From the NCBI RefSeq assembly GCF_009914755.1, contig NC_060933.1: 64,000 bases of DNA, one strand, 5' to 3'. The notes under the pieces were generated by a model. It made no database searches. It saw only the letters and a program-made list of their open reading frames with translations, and was not told the DNA's origin. Shown piece by piece: positions 12,601 to 25,924 of the stretch. Origin of the DNA: the human T2T-CHM13v2.0 reference genome, Homo sapiens. The position numbers were made by a program, and so were the translations under genes. The number at the start of each line of letters is the position of its first letter. Position 1 is the stretch's first letter.

Positions 12601-13099
12601 TGTTCTTTTTCAAAATTACTTTGGCTATTCTAGATTCTTTGCATTTCCATATAGATTTTAGAATCAGCTCATAAATGTCTATAGAAAACCTACTAGTATT
12701 TTCATTAACATCGCATTGACTGTATATATCAATTTGGGAGAACTGGCATCTTTCAATTCATTATCAAGATATAGCTTTCCATTTATTTAGGGTTTTTACA
12801 TTTTTTTCTCAGTGATATATACCTTTCAGTGCACAGATCTTAGAGACATTTTGTTAAATATATGCCTAAGTATTACAAAGTTTTGGATATTACCGGAAAT
12901 GATATTGTTTTCTTAATTTTAAACTGTTCATTGCTAGTATATAGTAATATAATTGATTTATACAATGATATTATATTCTGCAACCTTGCCAAACTCACTT
13001 AGTACTTGCAGTAGCTCTTTTCTGGAACCTCTAGGATTTTCTACACACTTGCTCATGTTGTCTGCCAATAAAGGCAGTTTTTGTTTCTCCTTTCCAATC

Positions 13100-13232
13100 C
13101 ATGTCTTCCTTTCTTCCTTCCTTCCTTTCTTCCTTCCTTCCTTCCTGACTTTCTCTCTCTCTCTCTCTCTCTCTCTCCTTCCTTCCTTCATTCCTTCCTT
13201 TCTTTCCTCCCTTTTCTTTCTTTCTTTTTCTT
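13100..13232 (+). repeat. (TTCC)n/(CT)n microsatellite inside the L1
   Basis: Direct inspection. Confidence 0.9.
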
Positions 13233-13968
13233 CCCTTGTTGCACCAGCTAGGATCTCTGGATCAATGTTGAATTGGAGTGGTGAGGTCAGGCATCCTTGT
13301 CTCATTCTTTGTCTTAGAAGGAAGGCATCCAGACTTTCACCACTAAATGCGATGTTTGGGCTTTTTGTAGATGTCCATCAAATCAAGTTCCCTTCTCTTC
13401 CTGGTTTGCTGAGAATTTTTATCATGAATGGCTTTTGAATTTTGTCAGATGTTTCTTGCATGTTGATATAATCATATGGGTTTCTCATTTATTTCCTTAA
13501 TCTAGTAAATTGCACTGACTGATTTTCAAGTGTTAAACCAACCTTGGATTCCTGAGATCAGTGTAATTTGTTTATGGTGTGTTATCTTTTATATATATTG
13601 CTGGATTCAATTAGCTAGTATTTTGTTGAGGATTTTTATGTTTATGTTCATGAATAATGTGTTCTGTAGTTTCTTGTACTCTCTTCCTCTGGTTTGGGTG
13701 TCAGATTAATGCTGGCCTCATAAAATGAGTTGGGAAGAGAAGAGTTCTGTCCTCCTCTGTGAATGTTTGATCAGCTTCTCCAGTGAATTCCTCTGGACCT
13801 CGTGTGTTCTTTGTGGAAAGATTTTTAATTGTGTGTTCTGTTTCTTTGATTGATATAGGTTATTTGGGTGTTTTATTTCTTCTTGAGATGGTTTGGTAAT
13901 TTGCGCCTTTCAAAGAATGTGTCCATTTCATCCAGGTTGTCAAATTTCTAGCACAGATTTGCTTATAA

Positions 13969-14352
<384 letters not shown>

Positions 14353-15510
14353 TTGTTTAATATTCTAAAGGATGAATTTTTGAGATTATATTTATATACT
14401 AATAATTTAAAATACATTAAAATAAAAATAAATAAAAGTGATGTGTTACTTATTGTGACACATTCAGAAAATATAGAAAAGGATAAAGACAAAATTGTAT
14501 TACTCAGAGATAACCGCTATGAACATTTTGGTGCATTTTACTTAAGCTGTTTTCTGGGCACATAACACTATATATATTTCTTTCCTTTTGCAAAATGAAA
14601 GCCCTTGCTCTTTCAGCAGAGCCATGCAAAGCATGGCGCTGCGTAATCTCGAGCAGGTTAACCCTCCTCTCTGAGCCTCAGTTTCCTCATCTGAAATTGC
14701 ATGAATTTATAGCTGTCTCTTAGGTTGCTATGAAGATCAGCTACAATAAAGGACATGAAAGTGCTTGGCAAGACACAAAGGGAGGTGTCATTACCATCAC
14801 CCTCCCCAGTCAGGACAGATGGCCCAAGTCCCAAGCTCAGGCTACCTTCCCTACCTAGACTGGGGCTCGTACCACTGGCCACCTGATATGTCTTCACTGC
14901 TTAATGACATGTTATAAAATCTATATTTTTGTCATTGTTTAATTACAAAAGAACTAACACATTCATCATAACACATTCAACCCAGACCTAACTACTGTTA
15001 AGTTCACTTGCATGTTTGCTCCCACACATGCTGTGTGTGTACGTGTGTGTGTGTGTGTGTTTTCACAAGTATGCAGACCTTAATTTTTCACATAAATGGG
15101 CTTATATCATGCCCAATGTTGTGAATTCTTCCTTTACTGAACAAAGTATCACGGAGATCTTTCACATCAGTAGCCAGAGGCCTGTGTGTTCATCTTACCA
15201 GAGGCAGTGTCCCAAGGAGAGGAGAGGCGCAGTTGCTTAACTGCTCCCCGGTGATGGCTGCTTAGCTTGTTCCCAGTTTTTCCACCTTCCACACCATGCT
15301 GGAATGACAGCCTGCACTCTCCTCCCTCTGCCTCCCCTCTGCCCCTTCACCTGTGACGCATGGTGGGCAATCCCCTGGTCCCTAAAATGCAGAGTCCTTG
15401 GCGTCCCTCCATCCTCCTGGTCTCTCTCCTTTCCCATCCACACTCACAACTGCCCCATGCCCCTCAATCCACGCTCATGCACCTGCCCTGTCTCTGTCTC
15501 CTGCCTCCAG

Positions 15511-15566
15511 ACCTTCCGTCATAAGCTGGTGGAGCCTGTCTGTGCTTTCTGGAACTACAGTATCAG
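15511..15566 (+). CDS. ADGRD2: ADGRD2 exon for the N-half of the GPS motif ([18 protein letters not shown]), with non-canonical donor AT
   Basis: Good acceptor CTCCTGCCTCCAG|; CxFW GPS signature; phase 0-2 fits 8951 and 16521; 3' boundary reads AG|ATGAGT instead of AG|GTGAGT. Confidence 0.8.
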
Positions 15567-15587
15567 ATGAGTTTCCATTTCCAGGTT

Positions 15588-15885
15588 CTTTTTTTTTTTT
15601 TTTGAGATGGAGTCTTGCTCTGTTGCCTAGGCTGGAGTTCAATAGCACAATCTTGGCTCAATACAACCTCCATCTCCCGGGTTCAAGCAATTCTCCTGTC
15701 TCAGCCTCCCGAGTAGCTGAGATTACAGGCGCCCGCCATCACGCCCAACTAATTTTTGTATTTTTAGTAGAGACAGGGTTTTGCCATGATGGCCAGGCTG
15801 GTCTCGAACTCCTGACCTCAGGTGATCCACCCACCTCAGCCTCCCAAAGTGCTAGGATTACAGGTGTGAACCACCAAACCCAGCC
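15588..15885 (-). mobile_element. Alu (AluS-like) about 20 nt downstream of the mutated donor
   Basis: Poly-T followed by antisense Alu. Confidence 0.95.
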
Positions 15886-16520
15886 GTTAAGATGATTTTT
15901 TTAAAAATATGTCCACTCTGCTTGGGGATGAGGCAAGACTTACACATGGTTTTGACCTCTGTTCACCATCTGCCTTTCAGGGTGACTCCAGGCTCCTCCC
16001 AGCTCTAAGACAAGCTGCAGCGGGAGGATGTGTTACCCAGGGGGTAGTGAGCTCCTTGTCATAGGAGTATGTGAAGGAGGAAGCACTCACTCTGTGAGGT
16101 GCCTAGGAAGAGAATCATCTGTCAAATGGGCGTTGAACTTGATCTATCTGAGGCCGGGGCCCGTGGACTCTTGAAGGAGCAGAGCAGGCTCCAGGGATTA
16201 TCCTGGCTCCCTGCCCTGGATCTTTAGCTGAGGTAGGGAACCTTGGTCCCAGTGGCTCAGTAATTAATTAAGTTGATAAATGACAGTCACTGGGATCAGC
16301 CCTGCCCTCCTACCATCCTAAGAATGTCAAGCACATTTTACAGGTGAAAAACTGAGACCCAGGAAGGGGCGGTGACTCGCCAAGGTCACCTAGCTGGTTA
16401 GAGGCAGGGCAGTGACAGGCCCCAGGCTCTGGGGAAAGCCTTTCCCCTGCTTGCTTCTGGCCCCTCACCCCCTTGTCCACCTTATCTCAAGAGCCCCCTG
16501 TTCCCTCCCCATCCCCCAAG

Positions 16521-16647
16521 CCCATATACAGGGGGTGCCTGGGCCACCACGGGCTGCTCCGTGGCTGCCCTGTACCTGGACTCCACCGCCTGCTTCTGCA
16601 ACCACAGCACCAGCTTTGCCATCCTGCTGCAAATCTATGAAGTACAG
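16521..16647 (+). CDS. ADGRD2: ADGRD2 GPS/Stachel exon (SPYTGGAWATTGC...CFCNHSTSFAILLQIYEVQ)
   Basis: W-x3-GC...CxCxHxTSFAxL motif; donor CAG|GTGAGT; an alternative phase-0 acceptor lies at 16492. Confidence 0.95.
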
Positions 16648-16769
16648 GTGAGTGCACGGTGGGAGGGGGGTGTCAGGAGGGGGCTTCTTAGCTGGAGGTG
16701 AAGAGAAGAGCCAATAGGTAGCCAGAAGAAGCATCTGAGGGATGCCAGCTTTCATAGATTGTCGGGGAC

Positions 16770-17060
<291 letters not shown>

Positions 17061-17284
17061 AATAAATTGTAAAAAAAATTGTTGGGGGAAAACTCTAAGA
17101 GGATGTCAGGAGGGGTCGGATTCACTGGAGCTGGAAAGGGCCCCGGAGTGGTTACTTGCTGAGAAGTCAGGTGAGATGGGACGTGAGCCTCAGGAACGCT
17201 GGGGTCACTACAAGGAACACCTTGTAGTGTTGAGGGGCACACTACAAAAACATGTTACCAAATGCATTTTTCCTGTAGAGTCAG

Positions 17285-17598
17285 GGCCAGGCACGGTGGC
17301 TCCCACCTGTAATCCGACCACTTTGGGAGGCCAAGGCAGGCGGATCATTTGAGGTCAGGACTTGGAGACCATCCTGGCCAACATGGTGAAACCCCATCTC
17401 TACTAAAAATACAAACATTAGCCGGGCATGGTGGCCCGTGCCTGTGGTCCCAGCTACTCGGGAGGCTGAGGCACAAGAATCACTTGAACCCAGGAGGCGG
17501 AGGTTGCAGTGAGCTGTGAGCTGAGATTGCGCCACTTGCTCTCCAGCCTGGGTGACAGACTGTCTTGAAGCAACAAAAAAAAAAAAAAAAAAAAAAAA
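17285..17598 (+). mobile_element. Alu (AluS-like)
   Basis: Full dimer with A tail; partial TSD AGTCAG. Confidence 0.95.
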
Positions 17599-17954
17599 GT
17601 CAGAGCGTGGACACTTTTCCACATCATGAGTATCATCCGCAGCCCCATTCTGATGATACTCCATGGTCCCCGGGATCCCTCCCCGTGGGCACGTTTGTCA
17701 GCACTCTTAGTAATTGTCCAGTTGGTAGAATCCGGGCCAGTTGGGGTCAGTCTAGGGAGAGCCAGCAGGAGAGAAGGACATGCTCACACCTGCTTATTAA
17801 ATGCCTACTGTGTGCAGGCCTGGGTCCTGCTGGCTGCTGCTGCACTGTGGAGGCGAATGCGGCGTGGGGGGCCTTAGAGTCACCAGGTGGGGCGAGTTCT
17901 GGCCTGGGTTGGGTCTGGGTGGTGCCAGGGGGGTTTCTCTGTCCCTCCACACAG

Positions 17955-18058
17955 AGAGGCCCTGAGGAGGAGTCGCTGCTGAGGACTCTGTCATTTGTGG
18001 GCTGTGGCGTGTCCTTCTGCGCCCTCACCACCACCTTCTTGCTCTTCCTGGTGGCCGG
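17955..18058 (+). CDS. ADGRD2: ADGRD2 TM1 exon
   Basis: LRTLSFVGCGVSFCALTTTFLLFLV; canonical splice sites. Confidence 0.93.
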
Positions 18059-18321
18059 GTGAGGAGAGTTCACCACTGTAGCCTGGTGGCCTGGGCCCTC
18101 CCGCCTCGCTCAGGCCTCCATGTCCCCATTGGTCGGGTGTCCATCCTTGGTCCCAGCAGAACCTTGGTCTGAGCCTCTCCTTAGGATGTGCTGGGTCCCC
18201 TGTGGAGCTGCTCTCTTTCCCTCCATCTGCCCAGGCACAGGGGATCGGGCAGGACAGGGCCCTACGGGGTGTGGGGACCAGCAGTGGTGTTCTTGTTAAC
18301 TGACTCCTCTGTCCTCTCCAG

Positions 18322-18424
18322 GGTCCCCAAGTCAGAGCGAACCACAGTCCACAAGAACCTCACCTTCTCCCTGGCCTCTGCCGAGGGCTTCCTCATGACC
18401 AGCGAGTGGGCCAAGGCCAATGAG
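18322..18424 (+). CDS. ADGRD2: ADGRD2 TM2 exon
   Basis: SERTTVHKNLTFSLA, the HxNL motif of class B2 receptors; canonical splice sites. Confidence 0.93.
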
Positions 18425-18752
18425 GTGGGCAGCCAGTGGGTGGGCTGGAAGCCCGGGGAAGCCTGGGAAAGTGCCTGTGGGCTTTTCTAGGGTGACCCCC
18501 TGCCCCCAACTATTTTCACATGGCTCCACTTCCCTGGGGAGGAGCAGGGCCCGGGGAGGAGCAGGGCCCCGGGAGGAAAGGGCCCTGGGAGGAAAGGCCC
18601 CGAATGGTGGAGCGGGGCCCAGGCTGCTACCCAGAGGCCTCACCCACTGAGACTTCTTTGGGTTGGCAAGGCCGGGCTGGGCATGGGCCGCGGGGCTGGC
18701 CTGCACCTGCGTCTGACCTCGGACCTGGGTGGGGATCCTGACCCTCCCACAG

Positions 18753-18906
18753 GTGGCATGTGTGGCTGTCACAGTCGCAATGCACTTCCTCTTTCTGGTG
18801 GCATTCTCCTGGATGCTGGTGGAGGGGCTGCTGCTGTGGAGGAAGGTGGTAGCTGTGAGCATGCACCCGGGCCCAGGCATGCGGCTCTACCACGCCACAG
18901 GCTGGG
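18753..18906 (+). CDS. ADGRD2: ADGRD2 TM3/ICL2 exon
   Basis: CVAVTVAMHFLFLVAFSWMLVEG...GWG; canonical splice sites. Confidence 0.95.
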
Positions 18907-19455
18907 GTGAGGCCTGCTCTGCACCCACACTCTCTTCTCCTCAGCTGTACCTTGCACGGCCGACCCTGCCATCTAACATGGCCCCACACCCAGCACTCAG
19001 CACCCAGCACCACTCAGCATCCGGCATTTAGCGTCACCCAGAACCCAGCACCACCCAGCCAGTCCCATCTCTGACATGACCTCAATTTCCTCAGTTCTAT
19101 TAACCTCCAATTTACCCATCCCCATTCCTCATAATCCTTCTCCACTTTACAGCCTCCCCTCTCCATCCGCAGTGCTATCTCCCCAAATCTGTAGCCAGCC
19201 AGTTGCCCAGCCTCCGTCTCCAGAGACGCCCAGCTGTAGCCTCCAAAGCAGCCTCAGCTCTCCCGACTCCCAAACTACTGTGGCTCCAATGCCACCCCAA
19301 CAGCATCAGAGCCCCCAGCCCTGCTCCTTGGACCTCCCCAGTGCCCCCAGTACAACCTCCAGTAGGGGACAGCTGCGGCTTGGGGGGCGGATCCTGGGTC
19401 CTGGAGAGGAAAAAGCAGGTGACCCAGCCTTGAGGCCCCCTTCTCCCTCTCCCAG

Positions 19456-19589
19456 GCGTGCCTGTGGGCATCGTGGCGGTCACCCTGGCCATGCTCCCCC
19501 ATGACTACGTGGCCCCCGGACATTGCTGGCTCAATGTGCACACAAATGCCATCTGGGCCTTCGTGGGGCCTGTGCTCTTCGTGCTGACT
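19456..19589 (+). CDS. ADGRD2: ADGRD2 TM4-ECL2-TM5 exon
   Basis: GVPVGIVAV...CWL...WAFVGPV; canonical splice sites. Confidence 0.95.
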
Positions 19590-19665
19590 GTGAGCTGGGG
19601 ACCTGCAGGGGAGGGGCGTGTTGGGGATGGGGAAGTCCTCTTGCCCACTGACCCCAGGTCTCCAG

Positions 19666-19781
19666 GCCAACACCTGCATCCTGGCCCGTGTGGTAATGAT
19701 CACCGTGTCCAGTGCCCGCCGCCGTGCCCGCATGTTGAGCCCACAGCCCTGCCTGCAGCAGCAGATCTGGACCCAGATATG
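19666..19781 (+). CDS. ADGRD2: ADGRD2 TM5/ICL3 exon
   Basis: ANTCILARVVMITVSS...; follows a 76-nt intron; phase 0-2. Confidence 0.9.
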
Positions 19782-20727
19782 GTGAGGCCCCAGAATGGGG
19801 GGCCAGCAGGAAGCAGGAAGTGCACAGTCAGCCGGCGCCAGGCGTGAGGCTCACTGGGCGAGAGCACGTGCGAGTCTGTGTCCAGAGCGTGACCGTGTGG
19901 CTATGCCCAAGTCTGTATTGAGTATGTGGGTACACACGTGTCCCTGCATCTGTGTCACACATGCTTGGGCATGTCAACATGTGTCAACATGCACCCATGC
20001 GTGTCACATGTGGGGATGGTCACTGATCCGTTTGAGGGAGCTGTGGACACTGGCCACTGTTCAAGGAGTGCACTGTCTGCGGCAGGTACTGATAGCCTGC
20101 AGGAGACAAAGTAGGGGAGACCCTCAAATCAGGGTTAGCCCCAGAAGTTCAGGGTTAGCTCCAGAAGTTCAGGTTCAGGGTAAGGACCTGGGTCCCTGTT
20201 CCTGCCAAAGACCCGCATCGCCCTCTGGGGTCACACTCTGGGAGAGAGAGGGACCCCACCGGCCTTTCCCAGCCCTGCCTCCTTGCTGGCTTTCCCCTTC
20301 CCCACCCATCCTCCACCAAGCACAGGCCAGCCTAAGCTGGGAGGGGGTCCCTGAAAAGCCAGGGAACCCCAGGGCCCTTGGAGAGGGAGAAGGGAGTCCT
20401 TCTAACCCCATCCCTGCTGGTCCCACTGCTCAGGCCTCAGCCCCCACTCTGGACAACTACCACCCCATTCCTTCCAGCCAGGTTGGGGGCTGGGACCCCA
20501 TCTCCCAAGTGCCGCTACCCTACTTCATGCCACCTCTGTCTCTGAGAACAGGGGGGGCAACAAAGTCCAGTCAAAGGTTCTGGCTCCCTCTAAGTCCTGC
20601 TGAGCCATGGTCCCGGCCCTCAGCTCCCACCCCGCTCCAGGCACGTACAGGTGCTGCTCTCCCTGGAGCCCTGCGGGGAGCTCCCCAGGCCTCCCAACCC
20701 CCGTCAGCCCTGCCTGCCCTCCTACAG

Positions 20728-20848
20728 GGCCACGGTGAAGCCCGTGCTGGTCCTGCTGCCCGTCCTAGGCCTGACCTGGCTGGCAGGCATCCTGGTGCAC
20801 CTGAGCCCCGCCTGGGCCTACGCTGCCGTGGGCCTCAACTCCATCCAG
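20728..20848 (+). CDS. ADGRD2: ADGRD2 TM6-TM7 exon
   Basis: VLVLLPVLGLTW...LNSIQ; canonical splice sites. Confidence 0.95.
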
Positions 20849-22358
20849 GTACCTCCAGCCCCAACCTTCTGGGACTAGGCCCTGACATGCACGAAAGCTC
20901 AGAGGGGACGACTAGGGTGTCAGGGCCTGGGAGGGTGAGCTCTCCATCATGGGAGACATTCAACAGCAACTGGGACATCCTATCTAAGAAGGGGTTTTGA
21001 GGGTGGCAGTGGGAACAGGCAACCTCCAATCAACCAGCGGTTCGTGCAGGAGGCTCACGGGGCCCCTCTGCCAGCTGGGAAGGCTGAGACCCAGAAAGAG
21101 GGTGTTAAGGCTCACTGTGCTTGGACACTCAGGGTCCGGCAGAAATTCCAGCCCCTTGGCCAGTGCCAGAGCCACTTAGTTCTTGCCAGAAAGCTGGGGA
21201 GGGGACACAGGGCATCAGTCACCTCCCCCTTGGGGTCTGCGGCCTGCTGGGATAGCAGTTTAGAAGAGGGTTTGGTGAGGAGGCCAGTTCATGAGGCCAC
21301 AGGAAAGGGCCCGGGCTTCCCGGGTCTCTTGGGGCCTGTGTGCTAGAACCACAGGGAGAGGGCCAACTAGGTCCCTCTCGGGGGATTGGCAGGTCTGTGG
21401 GGGGCCAGAACATTAACTGAAGTGACAGCCAGGGGGCTGGGTGCTGGGAGTCAGGGAGGCCCTTCCTGGCCCCTCGTTTTCCCTCGACCTCCCTGGACCA
21501 CCCCCCAGGCACCTCTCCCTGTCACCTGCACCTCCTGCTCCCTGCTTGCCCAGCCCGGGTCCCTCTCAGGGCCAAAAGGTGGGTGGGCAAGGGCCCAGGC
21601 TGGACTGTGCCAGGCTCAGGAAGTCAGGTGCGAACTCCACCCAGGGTCCATGTGTCCTCCAAGCTGGGGACCCTCCATCTTTTCCTTGAAGAAGGAGAGC
21701 CAAGGTGGTAACAGCCACTCACAGTGCCTGGGTGCTCCCTCTGAGCCCCAGGCCAGGCTCCTATTTGTATCTCCCAATAAGCCTTGTAAGTGGGGAAACT
21801 GAGACCTCATGAGGTCACTTGCCCAAGGCCCCCCAGGAGGCAGCAGCAGCGGGGGCACCACTCCAGAGTCTGCGTTCTCAGCCACAGGGCATCCAGCTAT
21901 GACCACAGATGGGTCCTGGCTGGTCCCTGGGAGCATGCTTGGACCCAGTTACTCATTCATCCATGTGCTCTTCATGGCTCGCCCAGTGTGTGCCAGGCAC
22001 TGTGCTGGGTGCCAGGCCGCAGCAGCAGAAGAGGCAGCAAAAAGCCCCTGTATTTGTGGAGCTGCCCTTGGTAGAGCAGGCAGACCATGGCCACGATGAA
22101 GAAATGAAGTGTTCAGTGAGGGGACGAGGCAGGAAGCCCTCTTCCAAGCCCCACGCCCCCCAGGGCTTCATGGCTGGGTTCAGTCTGGCTGGGCCCCTGG
22201 CGAGGCTTCTCCACCTGTCACACGGTGGGGCAGGTGGTGGCATCTTGTTGCCATGGCGATTCCTCCAGCTCTTTGCCAGGTGCCCCTCTCCACATCATAG
22301 GGGGTTGGATTCCTGATGCTCTCCATCCTCACCTGTGCCCCTCGGGTGGGCAGAGACA

Positions 22359-22428
22359 CAGCCATGGGGCAATGCCACCGTCAGCCATGGGGCAATGCCA
22401 CCGTCAGCCATGGGGCAATGCCACCGTC
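22359..22428 (+). repeat. 23-bp tandem repeat, 3 copies
   Basis: (CAGCCATGGGGCAATGCCACCGT)x3, perfect. Confidence 0.95.
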
Positions 22429-22661
22429 GCACCGTCTCAGATCCCTCCCTTCAGTTCTCATTCTTTCCTCTCTGTCCCAATCTTCATCTCTGAATCTTCT
22501 CTGGTTCTGTCTCTCAGGCTCCCCCTCTGTCACTGTCCCCCTCTCCCTGTGCCCTTCTCACCCTCTGGCCATGGATGTTTTTTCTGGCACTGACCCCACC
22601 TGGCTCTTCCTGGGCATGTCTTCATGTTTCTCCACTTCTCTCCTCAGTCTCTCTGACACTG

Positions 22662-23082
<421 letters not shown>

Positions 23083-24197
23083 TGACACTCTCTTGTCTCT
23101 GCCTAAAGCAGCCTCAGATTACCCTTGGGACGGTCACCCGGTGAAGGCAAGGAGAGGCTGCCTTAGGCAGGAGCTCAAAAGGCAGGAGTGGGGTCTGGGC
23201 CCCGCCGCTGACAGTCACATGACCCTCTTAGGCTCAGAGCCCTGTTCTCTCAGTCAGTCCCTCTCCCCAGGCCCGGCCTTTCCCTTCACCTCTCCTTTGG
23301 TCTCTCCCTGTCTCTCTGTGTCCACCAAGGTCTCTCTGTGTTTTCCCCTCACACTCCACCTCCATCCCTGTCCCTCTCTCACTCTCCGTCAGTCTTGGGC
23401 ATAAGCTAGGTACATCCCACTTTTAGGAGGGTGACCAAGTGACCAGGGAGGAGGCCTGGGACTCAGGGATGAGACTCTGCCCAACCTCATTCACTCTCTA
23501 GGAGTAATTTGTGTCCTTCTGGCCACTGTGCCGGGTTGTGTCAAGGGAGAGCAAAGCCTCACTTCTATAACCAGCCGTAGCTCACACTTGCCCTGGTGGA
23601 CAGAGCCTTGTTGTGAGGCCTGGAGAAGTGGCACCAGGCCTCCGTTTCTACGTCTAACCAAAGGGGATCAGATTCCCACCCTCCTCATGGGATCATCGTG
23701 GAGTTCAGCTGACGTAACATTTGCCAAGGCTACGCACAATCCCTGGCACGTGCTAGGAGCCCCACGAGTGTGAGCTCATTTGTTTTGTTCAGTTGTTCAA
23801 CACGCACTCCCCTAGCACCTCCCCATGCCAGGGCTGGCCTGCACGCTGGGGGACATGGAGATGCCCAGGGCCAAAGAATTCTGTGACATTCTCAGCCTGA
23901 GGGAGAGACAGACATCAAAGCCACACAACCACAGTGTGTCATGACTGAGGCCGAGAGACAAGGGGCCTTGGTCAAGGCAGTGTGGGGACAGAGGAACAAC
24001 TCATCGGAGGCAGAATGGGCCACCTGGAGAGGGTCACTCTCAGCCAAGACCTGACGGCTGTATGGAGAGGCGGAAAAGAATGTTTTAAACCAGGGGAGGG
24101 GGCATGGTGGGGTCAAATGGTGGGGAGACATGAGGGGTAAGGCTGGCGAGAAATGGGGCAGGAGGGAGTGTGGGGGGCAGACAGAGTGGGGTCCTCA

Positions 24198-24685
<488 letters not shown>

Positions 24686-25674
24686 TCAGGCTGGGCCTGG
24701 AGACCTGGGAGGCTTTGGGGTCTGTCTTGGAGAATGGGGGTGGTGGTATCATCTCAGTTGGTGCCTGGACACCAGGGGGACCAGTCAGGCTCTTGGACTC
24801 CAGCTTTCAGCCCTGGGAGGCTGGAAGGCCCCAAGGAATTCCAGGCCCCCACCTGTGTCCTCCCGCCTGGGCCGCAGCACAGAAGCAGCTGCCTGTGACA
24901 CTGCCTAGGAGGGATCCCAGGACAGCCTCAGGGCTGGGCCACACTGGAGCTTAGGATCCATTCCTCTGCCCCCCACCCACAGCTCCTGGTCCCTCTCCAT
25001 CAAATGGGGAGAATGAATCCACCCCCACCACAGACCTGCTGTTAGGGTCAAGTGAGAGACCAAATGTGATGGTGCAGGGAGGGTGGTGAGGCCCTCTTGG
25101 TCCCACGGTGTGGGGAGAGAGAGCCAGCTCCTCCCCAGCCACGGTGTGAGTCCCTCACAGGCAGCACCTCCCATCCCCTCAGAACCCAAGTCCCGGCCTC
25201 ATCTCCCCTTTCCAGATGAAAAGACAGAGGCTCAGGGAGGTGAAGGCCACTCAGCTAGAGGCACAGTGAGAAGGCACTCACAGGGCTGTTGTCCCAGGAC
25301 CTGACTTGGCCTTGGAGCCTCAGGAAGGTGTGCCCCTCCCAACCCCACCACATAGCATGGCGAGGCGGTGAGGATGGGACAGGCCCAGCGTGGGGCACAG
25401 AGGACTGGAGTCAGAGGCTGCCTGGTGAGCAGAAGCTGAAGGCTGGGGTTGCACTGGGCAAAGCCCCTTCTGGTCCCCTGGCCTGCTAAATGCCACAGCT
25501 ACTCCTCCGCAGGCGGGCACGAGGGCAGGGCCGACTTCGTGCCCATCAGCCTGTCTCTGGGTATCTCTGCAAGTGTCTCTGCCACTGGGAGGCGCCGGGA
25601 CCCCAGGCAAGGCCAGGCTGTGGGGGATGGGGTAGGAGGCTCCGGGCTGAGGCACTCGCTGGGTCTGTCCTCAG

Positions 25675-25716
25675 GGGCTGTACATCTTCCTGGTTTATGC
25701 TGCCTGCAATGAGGAG
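25675..25716 (+). CDS. ADGRD2: ADGRD2 TM7 exon (GLYIFLVYAACNEE)
   Basis: TCAG|...GAG|GTGAGT; QGxxIF TM7 motif. Confidence 0.93.
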
Positions 25717-25799
25717 GTGAGTCTGGGGGTGCCGGCTGCAGGGAGAGGGGTCCAAGGGGTAGGGAGGGTCCCCAGCCTGACCTCCAAGTATTCCCCCAG

Positions 25800-25844
25800 G
25801 TGCGGAGCGCCCTGCAGAGGATGGCTGAGAAGAAGGTGGCCGAG
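25800..25844 (+). CDS. ADGRD2: ADGRD2 helix-8 exon (VRSALQRMAEKKVAE); donor uncertain
   Basis: Acceptor TTCCCCCAG|; phase-0 donor candidates after 25835, 25844 and 25868. Confidence 0.8.
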
Positions 25845-25924
25845 GTGCTCAGGGCACTGGGGGTGTGGGTGGGGGCGGGAGGCCCCCAGAGCCAGGTCCC
25901 AGCCCCCATATCCTCTCCTTTAAG

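Noticed and set aside
12953-13438. Hydrophobic and charged ORFs with RT-like motifs
   Set aside because: Decayed L1 ORF2 plus a microsatellite; not a functional gene.
15567-15574. AT donor as a possible U12 (AT-AC) intron
   Set aside because: U12 donors read ATATCCTT. This one is ATGAGTTT, a U2 consensus with +1 changed, and the acceptor is AG.
19795-21000. 401-aa ORF
   Set aside because: Mostly intronic, and it crosses the TM6-7 exon in the wrong frame.
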